DNA of 48,962 bases from an uncultured Clostridia bacterium (GTDB taxonomy: Bacteria; Bacillota; Clostridia; Lachnospirales; Lachnospiraceae). The notes below the pieces were generated by a model, which did not search any database, had not been told where the DNA came from, and saw only the letters and a list, made by a program, of their open reading frames with translations. Positions 9,019-19,500 of the stretch are shown one piece after another (the first letter of the stretch is position 1; each line of letters opens with the position of its first letter). The position numbers and the translations under genes were made by a program. Location: assembly GCA_946401715.1 (NCBI GenBank), contig CAMIVF010000001.1, forward strand, positions 1 through 48,962. Reading direction: 5' to 3'.

Positions 9019-10137
9019 TTACCTCCATGTCCGGAGCACGATCATCCCGTGCTGGATCATATAATACACGATTCCCCAGGCCAGTACCGGGCTGCACGCA
9101 CAGATCAGAGGGATCAGCCGGTTCCATTTTCCTCTGACTGCAATCAGGGGAAGAACAATCATAAGACTCAGGAGCAGCGCCATGATGCTGCTCGCGGAGA
9201 AGCACACTGCTGCCGCCATGATCCAGAAGAGGTTCCGCATCGGGTCTTCTTCCATCTCATGCCACATTCTGACGCCGACAGCCAGCACTGCAGGAATCAC
9301 TACGTTCACGATCAGCGCCTTCCCTTCGTAAGAGCGCATATACAGAAAGATTCCCGGCATGTAGATTGTGGAAGAGAGCAGATTGATGACAAACACCATC
9401 ATGACAAACAGATCTGCCCGTCTGCGGCTGTAACTGCCCGGCCGGTTTCTGATGGACCGGATCTTTGCTCTCTTCTCCTCTTCATCGGGAAACAGAGACA
9501 GCCCCAGCGCATAGACGGCGAGAAAACTCATGATCATATTGATCGCGCTCATCACGCTGCGGGCCTGTACAATGACCGGCAGACCGCGCAGAAGGGAACA
9601 GATCACCGCATTGTGATACGGGAAACAGTTCAGCGCATATCTCGCCTGGAACCGGAACGTCGCCGTGCCGGTGGAGGGATCGAATCGTCCGATGGTATTG
9701 GTTGCCAGTGCGGTTGACGCCTCGCCGACATACCAGCCTGAATCCGCAGAAGCATCCGAGTACAGGATGACAAATGCAACCGAAGCAGCCAGCGCCAGCA
9801 TCAGGAATACGAACGTGATGCCATGCAGGCTCAGCCGGTAGCGCAGGGAATTCATTGCCTCAATCCAGCTGCGGTATCCGGCAAACAGCCCCAGCAGGAT
9901 CGCCGCTCCTGCCGCTGCAGCCATGATCAGAGAGAGTGTTCTGAGCGGAAGCAGGCTGATCTCGCAGATCAGGCAGATGACCTCAAACAGCCCAAACCAG
10001 ACAAAATACCCCGTCAGTGCTGCCTGGCTCAGCGCATACGCCTGCCTGCCGCGGATCTTCATGACAATGGATCCGACGCACAGAAACAGAAACAGCTGAA
10101 CCACCAGAGCCGCAGCTGAGAGCAGCAATACTGTCAT
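9019..10137 (-). CDS. DUF6077-like polytopic membrane protein (putative GT-C fold)
   Basis: About 9-10 TM helices. Extracellular loop DASADSGWYV...FDPSTG...RYAL and RSYEGKA motif. Confidence 0.6.
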   Translation of the reverse strand: MTVLLLSAAALVVQLFLFLCVGSIVMKIRGRQAYALSQAALTGYFVWFGLFEVICLICEISLLPLRTLSLIMAAAAGAAILLGLFAGYRSWIEAMNSLRYRLSLHGITFVFLMLALAASVAFVILYSDASADSGWYVGEASTALATNTIGRFDPSTGTATFRFQARYALNCFPYHNAVICSLLRGLPVIVQARSVMSAINMIMSFLAVYALGLSLFPDEEEKRAKIRSIRNRPGSYSRRRADLFVMMVFVINLLSSTIYMPGIFLYMRSYEGKALIVNVVIPAVLAVGVRMWHEMEEDPMRNLFWIMAAAVCFSASSIMALLLSLMIVLPLIAVRGKWNRLIPLICACSPVLAWGIVYYMIQHGMIVLRTWR

Positions 10138-10139
10138 GC

Positions 10140-11438
10140 TCAGACCTCCTTCGCGTACCCGGAATTTCTGTAGATAATGTCTTCTCTGCCCGGACCGTTG
10201 GAGACCATGGTGATGGGGAACCCAATCTGTTCCTCAATGAATTCCACATATTTTCTGCAGTTCTCCGGAAGTTCCTCAAAAGTACGTATGCCCCGGATGT
10301 CGCAGTTCCAGCCATCCAGAACCGTCCAGACGGGCTTTGCTTTCTTCAGGCCGGGCGTGGTCGGGAATTCCTTTGTCCGCACGCCGTCAATCTCATACTC
10401 TGTACAGACCGGGATCTTCTCCAGGTATCCGAGCGCGTCGACAACGGTAAGCGCTACATCCGTCGCCCCCTGCAGCCTGCAGCCATAACGCGACGCCACA
10501 ACATCGTACCAGCCGACTCTTCTGGGCCGGCCTGTCGTTGCGCCGTATTCGCCGCCGTCTCCACCGCGCCGGCGAAGTTCCTCCGCCTCATCTCCAAAGA
10601 TCTCTGAGACGAATTCGCCCGCGCCGACCGCGGAAGAATAAGCCTTGGTAACCGTTACGATTTTTTCGATCGCATACGGCGCGATCCCGGCGCCGATTGC
10701 GCCATAGCCTGCCAGAGTCGGGGAGGAGGTCACCATCGGATAGATGCCGTGATCGGGATCCTTCATGGTTCCAAGCTGTCCCTCCAGGAGAATCTGCTTC
10801 CCTTCTGCGATTGCGCGCTGCAGGAAGGAGGCCGTGTCCGTGACATAAGGCCTGACCATCTCACGATAGGTATGTGCCTCTTCCATCAGCGCCTCTTCCT
10901 GAAGCAGCGGTTTGTGATACAGGTGCTCCAGAAGGACATTCTTCAGCGCACAGACTCTCTGAATCTTTTCCTGCAGGATCTCATCATCAAACAGCTCGCA
11001 GACCTGGAATCCGATCTTGGCGTACTTGTCGGAGAAGAACGGAGCAATCCCGGACTTTGTCGATCCGAAGGACTTTCCGCCCAGTCTCTCCTCCTCATAG
11101 GCATCGAAGCTGATATGATAGCTCATGACGATCTGGGCACGGTCTGAGATCAGAACCTGCGGCTTCGGTACCCCACGCTCTACCAGTTCATTGATTTCCT
11201 TGATGACAAGCGGAATATTCAGCGCAACACCGTTTCCGAGCACATTGATGCACGAAGGGTGGCAAACACCGCTCGGAAGGGTATGCAGCGCAAACTTTCC
11301 GTATTTGTTCACGATCGTATGTCCTGCGTTCGCGCCGCCCTGATAGCGGACAACGATATCCGCGTGGTCCGCGAGTGTGTCAACGATCTTACCTTTTCCT
11401 TCATCGCCCCAGTTGGCGCCTACTACTGCCTGTACCAT
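10140..11438 (-). CDS. purA: Adenylosuccinate synthetase
   Basis: GANWGDEGKGK, RYQGGANAGHT, EYGATTGRPRRVGW. Confidence 0.98.
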   Translation of the reverse strand: MVQAVVGANWGDEGKGKIVDTLADHADIVVRYQGGANAGHTIVNKYGKFALHTLPSGVCHPSCINVLGNGVALNIPLVIKEINELVERGVPKPQVLISDRAQIVMSYHISFDAYEEERLGGKSFGSTKSGIAPFFSDKYAKIGFQVCELFDDEILQEKIQRVCALKNVLLEHLYHKPLLQEEALMEEAHTYREMVRPYVTDTASFLQRAIAEGKQILLEGQLGTMKDPDHGIYPMVTSSPTLAGYGAIGAGIAPYAIEKIVTVTKAYSSAVGAGEFVSEIFGDEAEELRRRGGDGGEYGATTGRPRRVGWYDVVASRYGCRLQGATDVALTVVDALGYLEKIPVCTEYEIDGVRTKEFPTTPGLKKAKPVWTVLDGWNCDIRGIRTFEELPENCRKYVEFIEEQIGFPITMVSNGPGREDIIYRNSGYAKEV

Positions 11439-11499
11439 TCCTGACTCCTTCCTGTTGCCCTGCTGCTCAAAATAATGCTCTGTATGCTTCCCGTACTGC

Positions 11500-11520
11500 G
11501 GCCGGCGCTTTGCGCCGGCC
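11500..11520. other. GC-rich intergenic hairpin between purB and purA
   Basis: GGCCGGCGC-TTT-GCGCCGGCC, a 9-bp perfect stem with no U-tract. Confidence 0.5.
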
Positions 11521-11547
11521 GGATTCGTGAGAAGCAGCTGTGTTCTG

Positions 11548-12981
11548 CTACACTGTAATCTCCGCTTTCAGCCCGAGCGCATCCTTGTGCGCATCAAGGA
11601 CCGGCTTTACCTCTTCCTTCAGATACTTCATGACCTGGTACGGTGCACTGCCCACATATTTCGAGGGTTCCATGGACTGTTCCAGTTCCTCCCTTGTCTG
11701 CGGAAATGCAGGATCCGCGGCAATCAGGTCGAGCAGATTATTCTCCTCTCCTTCTTCCTTGACACGTCTTCCCGCTTCCATGGAAAGCGTCCGGATCTTC
11801 TCGTGCATCTCCTGCCTGTCCGCGCCGGCTTTCACCGCATCCATCATAATGTTCTCTGTCGCCATAAACGGAAGCTCTGCACGCAGGTGACGGTCAATCA
11901 CCTTCGGGTAGACCTTCAGGCCATCCGTGACATTGATGCACAGGTCCAGGATCCCGTCGATCGCAAGAAATCCCTCCGCGATGGCCAGCCGCTTGTTGGC
12001 GGAATCATCCAGTGTCCGCTCAAACCACTGCACCGAGCTTGTGACAGCCGGATTCATCGCGTCTGTCATGACATAGCGTGCCAGGGAAGCGATCCTTTCA
12101 CTTCTCATCGGATTGCGCTTGTATGCCATGGCGCTGGAACCGATCTGGTTCTTTTCAAAAGGCTCTTCCACTTCTTTGAGGTGCTGAAGCAGCCGGATAT
12201 CATTGGACATCTTATGTGCGCTGCAGGCAATCTGCGCGATCACATTGATGACACGCGCGTCAACCTTGCGCGAATAAGTCTGCCCCGACACCGGGTAGCA
12301 CTTCTCAAATCCCATCTTCTGCGCAATCATCGGATCGATCCGGTCCACCTTCTCCTGATCGCCGTCGAACAGCTCCAGGAAGGACGCCTGGGTTCCCGTG
12401 GTTCCCTTGGAGCCGAGCAGCTTCAAGGATCCCAGCATGTATTCCAGGTCCTCCAGGTCCATCATGAATTCATTGATCCACAATACCGCACGCTTTCCGA
12501 CCGTGGTCGGCTGTGCAGGCTGGAAATGGGTAAATGCCAGCGTCGGCAGATCTTTATACTTTTCCGCGAATGCGGCCAGGTTTGCGATCACATTGACCAG
12601 CTTGCTGCGGACCAGGACGAGCGCGTCGCGCATGATAATGATGTCTGTGTTGTCTCCCACATAGCAGCTGGTCGCGCCGAGATGAATGATGCCCTTCGCC
12701 TTCGGACACTGCAGGCCGTAGGCATAGACATGGCTCATGACATCATGCCGCACGAGCTTTTCCCGCTCGATGGCCTCTTCATAATTGATATCGTCCCGGT
12801 GTGCCTTCAACTCATCGATCTGCTCCCGGGTACTCGGCAGGCCGAGTTCTTTCTCCGTCTCAGCCAGAGCAATCCACAGACTTCTCCAGGTCCGGAACTT
12901 CTTGTTCGGAGAAAACAGATACTGCATCTCCTTTGACGCATACCGCTGTGAAAGCGGACTGATGTAACCGTCGTAATTCAT
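11548..12981 (-). CDS. purB: Adenylosuccinate lyase
   Basis: RHDVMSH, HLGATS, FTHFQPAQ, fumarase-family signature GSSAMAYKRNP. Confidence 0.97.
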   Translation of the reverse strand: MNYDGYISPLSQRYASKEMQYLFSPNKKFRTWRSLWIALAETEKELGLPSTREQIDELKAHRDDINYEEAIEREKLVRHDVMSHVYAYGLQCPKAKGIIHLGATSCYVGDNTDIIIMRDALVLVRSKLVNVIANLAAFAEKYKDLPTLAFTHFQPAQPTTVGKRAVLWINEFMMDLEDLEYMLGSLKLLGSKGTTGTQASFLELFDGDQEKVDRIDPMIAQKMGFEKCYPVSGQTYSRKVDARVINVIAQIACSAHKMSNDIRLLQHLKEVEEPFEKNQIGSSAMAYKRNPMRSERIASLARYVMTDAMNPAVTSSVQWFERTLDDSANKRLAIAEGFLAIDGILDLCINVTDGLKVYPKVIDRHLRAELPFMATENIMMDAVKAGADRQEMHEKIRTLSMEAGRRVKEEGEENNLLDLIAADPAFPQTREELEQSMEPSKYVGSAPYQVMKYLKEEVKPVLDAHKDALGLKAEITV

Positions 12982-13006
12982 GTTAGCGGCTCCTTTTCGT
13001 ATTCAT

Positions 13007-14476
13007 TCACGGTTCATACGATCCGCGTATGTCCTCTTCAGGCGGGTCAATCGGATATTCACCATTGAAGCAGCCGGTACAGATCGGAATGCCGTCTACA
13101 ATTTCAGGCAGCCTTTCCATTCTGAGATACGCAAGGCTGTCTGCGCCGATGATCTGCCTGATCTCTTCCAGAGACCTGTTGTGGGCAAGCAGCTGATCCT
13201 TGCTTGGGATGTCTGTTCCGAAGTAGCACGGATAGAGGAACGGGGGCGAACTGACCCTCATGTGGACCTCCTTTGCACCTGCTTCACGCAGCATCCTGAC
13301 GATCCGGTCACTGGTGGTACCCCGCACGATCGAGTCATCGATCATGACAATGCGTTTTCCTTCCACTGCAGGCTGAAGCGGGTTCAGCTTGACCCGGACG
13401 GCTGACTCACGGCTCTGCTGCCCCGGTTTGATAAAGGTTCTTCCCACATATCCGTTTTTGACAAACCCCTGTCCGTAGGGAATCCCGCTCTCCATGCTGT
13501 AACCCAGCGCCGCTGCGCTTCCGGATTCCGGCACGCCGATGACAAGGTCCGCATCCACCGGGCTGTCCTTGGCGAGGAACTGTCCTGCACGCAGTCTGGA
13601 GCTGTAGACCGGAATCTTGTCAATCACCGAATCCGCCCTTCCGAAATAGATGTATTCAAAGATGCACCGTGCGGTCTTGCATGGGCGGATGCAATGGCTC
13701 CTGTCGGAATGGATCCCGAATCTGGGACTGATCGTGACGATCTCCCCGGGCTCCACATCCCGGACAAATTCTGCGTCAATGGTATCCAGCGCGCAGGATT
13801 CGGAAGCCAGGAACCAGGCCTTTCCTCTCCTGCCGATGCACAGAGGCCGGAACCCGAAGGGATCCCTTGCGCCGATCAGCTTTCTCGGACTCATGATGAC
13901 CAGGGAGTACGAACCCTTCAGCCGGTCCATCGCCTTCGATACGGCTTCCTCCACCGAGCCGGTATTGATGCGCGCCCGGGCAATCTCATACGCTATCAGC
14001 TCGGAGTCTGTGGTGGTCTGGAAAATCGCGCCTGTGCGCGACAGATCCCGCATCAGCTCCGGTGAATTCACCAGGTTTCCGTTGTGCGCCATGGCAAGCG
14101 TGCCCTTGATATAATGAAGCACCAGAGGCTGCGCATTCTCAATCGTGCTGGCGCCGGCCGTCGAATAGCGGACGTGGCCGACCCCGATATCGCCATGAAG
14201 GGAATCCAGGTCATTCTCCCCGAAATTCTCATTGACAAGGCCCATCCCCTTGCGGCTGAGGACCTTCCCCTTCGGACCGGACGTATCGCTCACCGCGATT
14301 CCGCAGCTTTCCTGTCCCCTGTGCTGCAAAGCCAGAAGACCGTAATAGATCGTCGTCGCCGCATTCTCCTGCGCGGAGAAGTCATACATGCCAAAAACCC
14401 CGCATTCCTCACGAGGCTCGTCCAGGATTTCTCCTGCGTCAAATATTCCTGTTTCTTTTTTATTCAATTCTGACAC
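13007..14476 (-). CDS. purF: Amidophosphoribosyltransferase
   Basis: Propeptide then EECGVFG (Ntn Cys), LQHRGQE, GHVRYST, VMIDDSIVRGTT, and Fe-S cysteines (CIFEY, CYFG, CTGC). GTG start. Confidence 0.97.
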   Translation of the reverse strand: MSELNKKETGIFDAGEILDEPREECGVFGMYDFSAQENAATTIYYGLLALQHRGQESCGIAVSDTSGPKGKVLSRKGMGLVNENFGENDLDSLHGDIGVGHVRYSTAGASTIENAQPLVLHYIKGTLAMAHNGNLVNSPELMRDLSRTGAIFQTTTDSELIAYEIARARINTGSVEEAVSKAMDRLKGSYSLVIMSPRKLIGARDPFGFRPLCIGRRGKAWFLASESCALDTIDAEFVRDVEPGEIVTISPRFGIHSDRSHCIRPCKTARCIFEYIYFGRADSVIDKIPVYSSRLRAGQFLAKDSPVDADLVIGVPESGSAAALGYSMESGIPYGQGFVKNGYVGRTFIKPGQQSRESAVRVKLNPLQPAVEGKRIVMIDDSIVRGTTSDRIVRMLREAGAKEVHMRVSSPPFLYPCYFGTDIPSKDQLLAHNRSLEEIRQIIGADSLAYLRMERLPEIVDGIPICTGCFNGEYPIDPPEEDIRGSYEP

Positions 14477-14502
14477 CTGCTGTTTTTTCTATCGTTTTCT
14501 GC

Positions 14503-14595
14503 CATTCAAATGATGTTGGGGTCAAAAGTACCTTTTGCCCCCGGCAAGCAAGCTTGCCTCGGCTTCAGGGCTTTTGACCCTTACATCATTCAAAT
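14503..14595. repeat. Long imperfect palindrome (REP/MITE-like element) flanked by a 9-nt direct repeat
   Basis: Arms AATGATGT-tg-GGGTCAAAAG and CTTTTGACCC-tt-ACATCATT, apical GGCAAGC-AA-GCTTGCC. CATTCAAAT occurs at 14503-14511 and 14587-14595. Confidence 0.6.
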
Positions 14596-15392
14596 CAGCT
14601 GACCGTACTTCTCCGGTACTCATCCTTCAGTTCTTCCAGCTCGGCTGCACTGTCCTTCGCCGGCCGGTTCTGGGCTGAAAGCCTCTCCTTTACCTTCCTC
14701 GCGGCAGCTGCGTTATACTCCTGGATCTTTCCGGTCAGCACATGATCCGCACCGAACTCCTCCAGGGTCCGCCGGTATTCCTCATCTGACATAAACAGCG
14801 GAAGCGTGCTGACATACTTGCGCATCAGCTCTCTCGTCTGAAACGACTTCCACCCGTTCAGGAACGCGTCCGCCGCTTCCCGGAAGCAAAACTGCCTGGC
14901 CAGGGCGCAGCCGAGATTGTTCCAGACAGATGCATAAAACGACGCACTCAGCATGCCCTCACTGCGGTTTTCGAGAATGTCCCTGTAGATCAGCGCGGCA
15001 GCCTGGAGACGGCCGCCCTTCAGGAGATAGTCAGCACGCGTCTTCAGCCGCTGTTCCTGGGGCTGTACCTGTACCCTGGTCAGTTCTTCTCTCACCCGCC
15101 TGGATTCCCCGACAGGAAGATACCCTGCCTCCTGAAAGACAGGCAGGACAAAATAGCTGACATCTTTATCCGGACGCTCCAGCGCATCAGACAGTTTCTT
15201 TGCCAGATTCTTCAGGCCAAGATCCTCTCTCACCCATTCCACCAAAGCCGCCGATGCGACATTGTCATCGATCAGGCAGAGATTATGATACAGAAAGAAG
15301 CACAGTTCCTCAAGGGAATAAATCCGGGTCCCGATGCTTCCTATGTGGAACGGCCGGTCCGCAATCTTCGTGCTGCACAGATCAAAGCTCAT
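14595..15392 (-). CDS. Hypothetical TPR-containing protein
   Basis: TPR-like ASVWNNLGCALARQFCFREAADAF. N-terminal IYSLEELCFFL. Start overlaps the upstream stop. Confidence 0.8.
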   Translation of the reverse strand: MSFDLCSTKIADRPFHIGSIGTRIYSLEELCFFLYHNLCLIDDNVASAALVEWVREDLGLKNLAKKLSDALERPDKDVSYFVLPVFQEAGYLPVGESRRVREELTRVQVQPQEQRLKTRADYLLKGGRLQAAALIYRDILENRSEGMLSASFYASVWNNLGCALARQFCFREAADAFLNGWKSFQTRELMRKYVSTLPLFMSDEEYRRTLEEFGADHVLTGKIQEYNAAAARKVKERLSAQNRPAKDSAAELEELKDEYRRSTVS

Positions 15393-16552
15393 AGGATCAC
15401 CTGTCTCTTCCAGACCCTTCCCGTCGGCTGATAGAAGCCGCCGAACCCAAGATCCTCCACCTCTATCTCACAGCGGCTGCGGCTTGTGAAATAGATTGTC
15501 ATACGCAGGCGGGTCGCACGGTTTTCCCGCTCCGGAAAATGATCAAGCCTCAGTACATGTCCCACGGTCTCACCGCCGTCAGCGGGAGTGGTCAGAATCG
15601 TCACGCTCTTCTCCCCGTCAGGAATCATGTCGATCTGGCAATGCGCTTCATACCAGTTCAGCCCGGCGGGAATCAGGACCTGATACTGCTCCTTCCCGCG
15701 CACCCTGATATGAATGCCGATATCTTCGCTGATCTGGTCCACACCCATGAACAGGAGATCCGGCATCTTCACATAGCCAAGCCTCGCCATGACACAGTAG
15801 CAGGCACCCTTCGAGAACAGATTCTGGCCCTGGAATGCGTGTCTGCGGAATGTCAGATACTGAAAAGATCTCTGCGCCCAGCTCCTGTCAAAATAGTTTC
15901 CGTAGAGATAACTCGTGGTGACATTGCGGCGCTCGAACAGTTTGCCCAGCAGTTCGTACAGACGGCGGTCCCGCTCACGGTCCCAGTCCTCGTCGTTCAT
16001 GCTTCCACGCGCACGCTCACTGACATCGGAAGAAGCGATTTCATCGATCGTCACAACCGCCGGCTTCACGGAGCGGTCTATGTGAAGGATGCTCCCGACC
16101 ATCTGCTGATTCTTTACCCGCAGAAATGCAACATCCCCGCTCCACAGCTCCCTGCGCATGCTGATCACATAGTAGTAAAAGCTTGTCCGCCAGTCCTGCA
16201 GGAAGATATTCTTCCGCTCTGCCCCCAGGCTCTCCAGCGCCGCAACCAGATGATCCCCGAGATTCTGCGTCAGGGAAGGCACCGTAATGGCAATACTGAG
16301 ATCCTTGATCTGCTTCTCACCCGGAACGGTCTCTATCATCCCGCCGAGAAAGCGCGCCAGTGCCTGCGTGCCGAACCTTCCGCCCCGCATTGCGCCCTTC
16401 CAGGCTTCCGAAGGCACACTCATCAGACCGTCCTCCCCTTCTCCGGGCAAGGACAGTGTCTGGGGCTCTGTCAGCGTGCTGTTGTACCAGGTAATCTGAG
16501 CACCATCCGCAGACATCTGTATTCCGATCAGTATCCGTTTTTCGTCTTCCAT
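15389..16552 (-). CDS. DUF5716-like protein; degenerate Hsp70/actin-like fold
   Basis: 387 aa with colinear resemblance to DnaK motifs (LIGIQM, AITVP, LYGNYF, SKGAC, RLRMTIYF...VEDLG). Confidence 0.7.
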   Translation of the reverse strand: MEDEKRILIGIQMSADGAQITWYNSTLTEPQTLSLPGEGEDGLMSVPSEAWKGAMRGGRFGTQALARFLGGMIETVPGEKQIKDLSIAITVPSLTQNLGDHLVAALESLGAERKNIFLQDWRTSFYYYVISMRRELWSGDVAFLRVKNQQMVGSILHIDRSVKPAVVTIDEIASSDVSERARGSMNDEDWDRERDRRLYELLGKLFERRNVTTSYLYGNYFDRSWAQRSFQYLTFRRHAFQGQNLFSKGACYCVMARLGYVKMPDLLFMGVDQISEDIGIHIRVRGKEQYQVLIPAGLNWYEAHCQIDMIPDGEKSVTILTTPADGGETVGHVLRLDHFPERENRATRLRMTIYFTSRSRCEIEVEDLGFGGFYQPTGRVWKRQVIL

Positions 16553-16564
16553 GTCTTCCCTTTA

Positions 16565-19500
16565 CTACAGCAGTGTAAACAGCTCTTTCGTAAGGGCATC
16601 CAGCTGCCTGTATTCCTTCAGTTCCTCCCGGAACGCAGCCTCGTCCCCTTTTTCCAGGTTCCGTGCCATCTGGTTCATTCTTCCGTACCGGCTCATCTGC
16701 AGTTCTTCCGGAACCGCACCGGCCTTCAGGACGCGGTGTGAACTGACAACCTTGCTGCCGTCTTCTTTCGTCTCCTCCGTGTAGCACTCGAGCTGCTCTC
16801 CCTCAAACAGAACAAACTCTCTCACGCGGATCCCTTCAAACACGTCCTTCATCGTGACCTCTGTGAAAGGCTCATTTTTGTAGCGGATCCGGTAAAACAG
16901 CTTCACAGTACTCCTGGTGCTGGCAACCGCTTCACAGAATACCCTGTCATCGCAGCCGAGATTCCGGCGCATGTCAAACGGGAATCTCTGGAAGAAGGCG
17001 AACCGTATGCCCCTTCCGGAATACATCTGCAGAAGGGTTACGGCAGCCTCCCGCTGCTCTTTGGTATACGCCGGAAGCCGGCTCAGGTACTGCAGAAGTG
17101 CGAGCGCACATACGTCCGGCAGCTTGCCGCCCTTCTTGTAATCGGTCAGGCAGTCATCAAAGACAGTCTCCAGGACAGGGCTTCCTTTGACCAGGTACTC
17201 ATAGCATCTCAGAATCACATATGCCTGACAGATTCTGCGGCTTCCGAGCGATCTGCGGTAGGACCGGTAGATCTGCTCACTGTTCTCGCTTCCCTGCCGC
17301 ATGAACAGGATCAGACTCAGAATCTTTTTCTCCAGGTTGATTGTCTCCAGCCCGTATTCACGCCCTGCACGCCAGAGGTTCTTCATGCTCTCCACCGGGC
17401 CTTCATAATACATCAGCAGATAGATGAGCACATGCTCCTCCACCTTTCCGGCGGCAAACAGATACGCGCACATCCCAAGCAAAGTCCGGTCTTCTTCATA
17501 CTCTCTGGAAATGACAATCTGAGACAGAATCCGCATCAGAAGGTTCAGGTCCACATCCTGGGTTCCGTACTTCTCAAGCACCAGCCATGCCCGTTCATAT
17601 CTTCCGTCCACTGTCAGGAGGGAGAGGTACTTCGCACGGTCGATGCGCACATAGGTTTCCATGTCGCTTTCCCGCAGGAACGAAGACAGGGTCTCCTCCT
17701 GCGGATTGGCATAGTAGTATTCCAAAAGCCATTTCTTCAGCTGCACCCGGTAGCTCTCGGAGAAAGCAGCCATCCGCGCTGCCTCAAGATAAAACTTCAG
17801 GGTCTTGTGCGTAATCGGCTGCCTGACCTTCGGGTTCAGCGTAAAGAACATCACAAGGGAAGGATCATCCGCCGCTTCCCGGACACAGAGATTCATCAGG
17901 GACGTGTCATTGAGAAGATGCTGCGCCATGTACAGCGATGTTGAGGTATACCTTCTCCCCGTCTCATCCTCCAGAAGAATCCGGGACTGTTCCGAGTAGA
18001 TCCTCACCTGTGCCATGTGATCCACAATCGCGCACGAGTGTTCTCTGCTCCTGCGCTCGTCTGCCACGATCACCTTCTTCATGTCCGGGCTCAGGCAGTC
18101 CACCTCAAAGGTAAACAACAGCCGGATCAGCTTTCTCGCCAGCTGAGGCGTCACCATCTGCCTGACAAGATATCTGGAAATGAGGACAGACAGATCCTCA
18201 TTGATATGCCCCATCTGAATCTGATCCGTGACAAACTTCTCCATGCCCTGCCGCATGGCAGAGAAGATCTGCGGTATGTTTTCCTCGGAATCAGACAGAT
18301 TCCTGTAAATGCGCGCTTTCCTGCGCCAGTCCATGGTGTCGTTCAGAATAAAATACCTGCGGATCACCTGCGGCATCTGCTCGATCCGGACCTCGCTCAT
18401 GGTCCGGATATAGTATTCATACAGCCCGGTGATCTTCAGATCGCGCGCAACGGCACTCTGATAGAGCGGGAAATACTTTTCGTCCGTCTTCTCACCGGCG
18501 ATTGCCATCTGTGTGCGGACTGCCAGTACATCATCCAGATTTGTCTCCTCCCAGCACGCTTCCAGCATCCGGAACGTCGACGGATCATATCCGCCCCTGC
18601 GCCGGATCAGGTTCATGCTGTGAAGGACCAGCCGCTCGTCCAGTGTTTTTTCCTTAACCGCCCATGAAAGAAGCATGCGGGCACCCGGTGTCCATTCATG
18701 GATCAGGAACGGGTTTTCCCGTATGATCTGCACGCCCTCCAGCAGGAGAATCGTGCTTGCCCTGTACTGCTCCAGATAGCGAAGGATCCGCTCCAGTTTG
18801 CCGGATTCCCCTCCCTGCTCGTCTTCCAGAAGGTACAGATTCAGCCAAAGGATCAGCCATGAGGAACGGTTCTTCAGAGAAAGCTCCCTCATCTGCTCTC
18901 TCACACGCATTCTGTAATCTTCATCACGGGAGAAAAAGGTGGACAGATAGAGCCATACAGCCTGTGCGTTGGCATCCTCCAGAATCTCCGGATTCTGCTC
19001 AATCCTGCGCAGCTGCCGTTCCGCGGACGAACGCTTGCCTGCCGCCTGCATCACAAATACGCTCAGCAGATCTGCAAAGAGATTTTTCCCGCCTGTCCTT
19101 TGATAGCTCTCGATGACGCCGTTGGTGCGCTCTGTCCACTGACGCAGGTCGATCCTGCCAAGACGGTAGTCCAGATACAGACTGATGGCCTTCCGGAGCA
19201 TGACGTTCTGCACACGGTGCGCGCGAAGATCCGCTCCGCCCCTGACCTCCACACACAGTTCAAAGGCAAGCGTCTGGTAACAGGTATGTACGGTAATTCT
19301 TCCGAAATTGCGCCCGGCATGCAGAAAATTCGAGTCGATCACATAGCGCAGAGGATACTCGGATCCGATAAAATCCTCTGTCGTCAGATGCTTCTTCTCT
19401 ACGCGCACGAACCGTGTATCAGAAGTGATGCTGATCTCCATATACCCCCAGGTGCTTTTGGTCAGCGTCACCTCTTCCAGAATGGTTCCCCCCGGATTCA

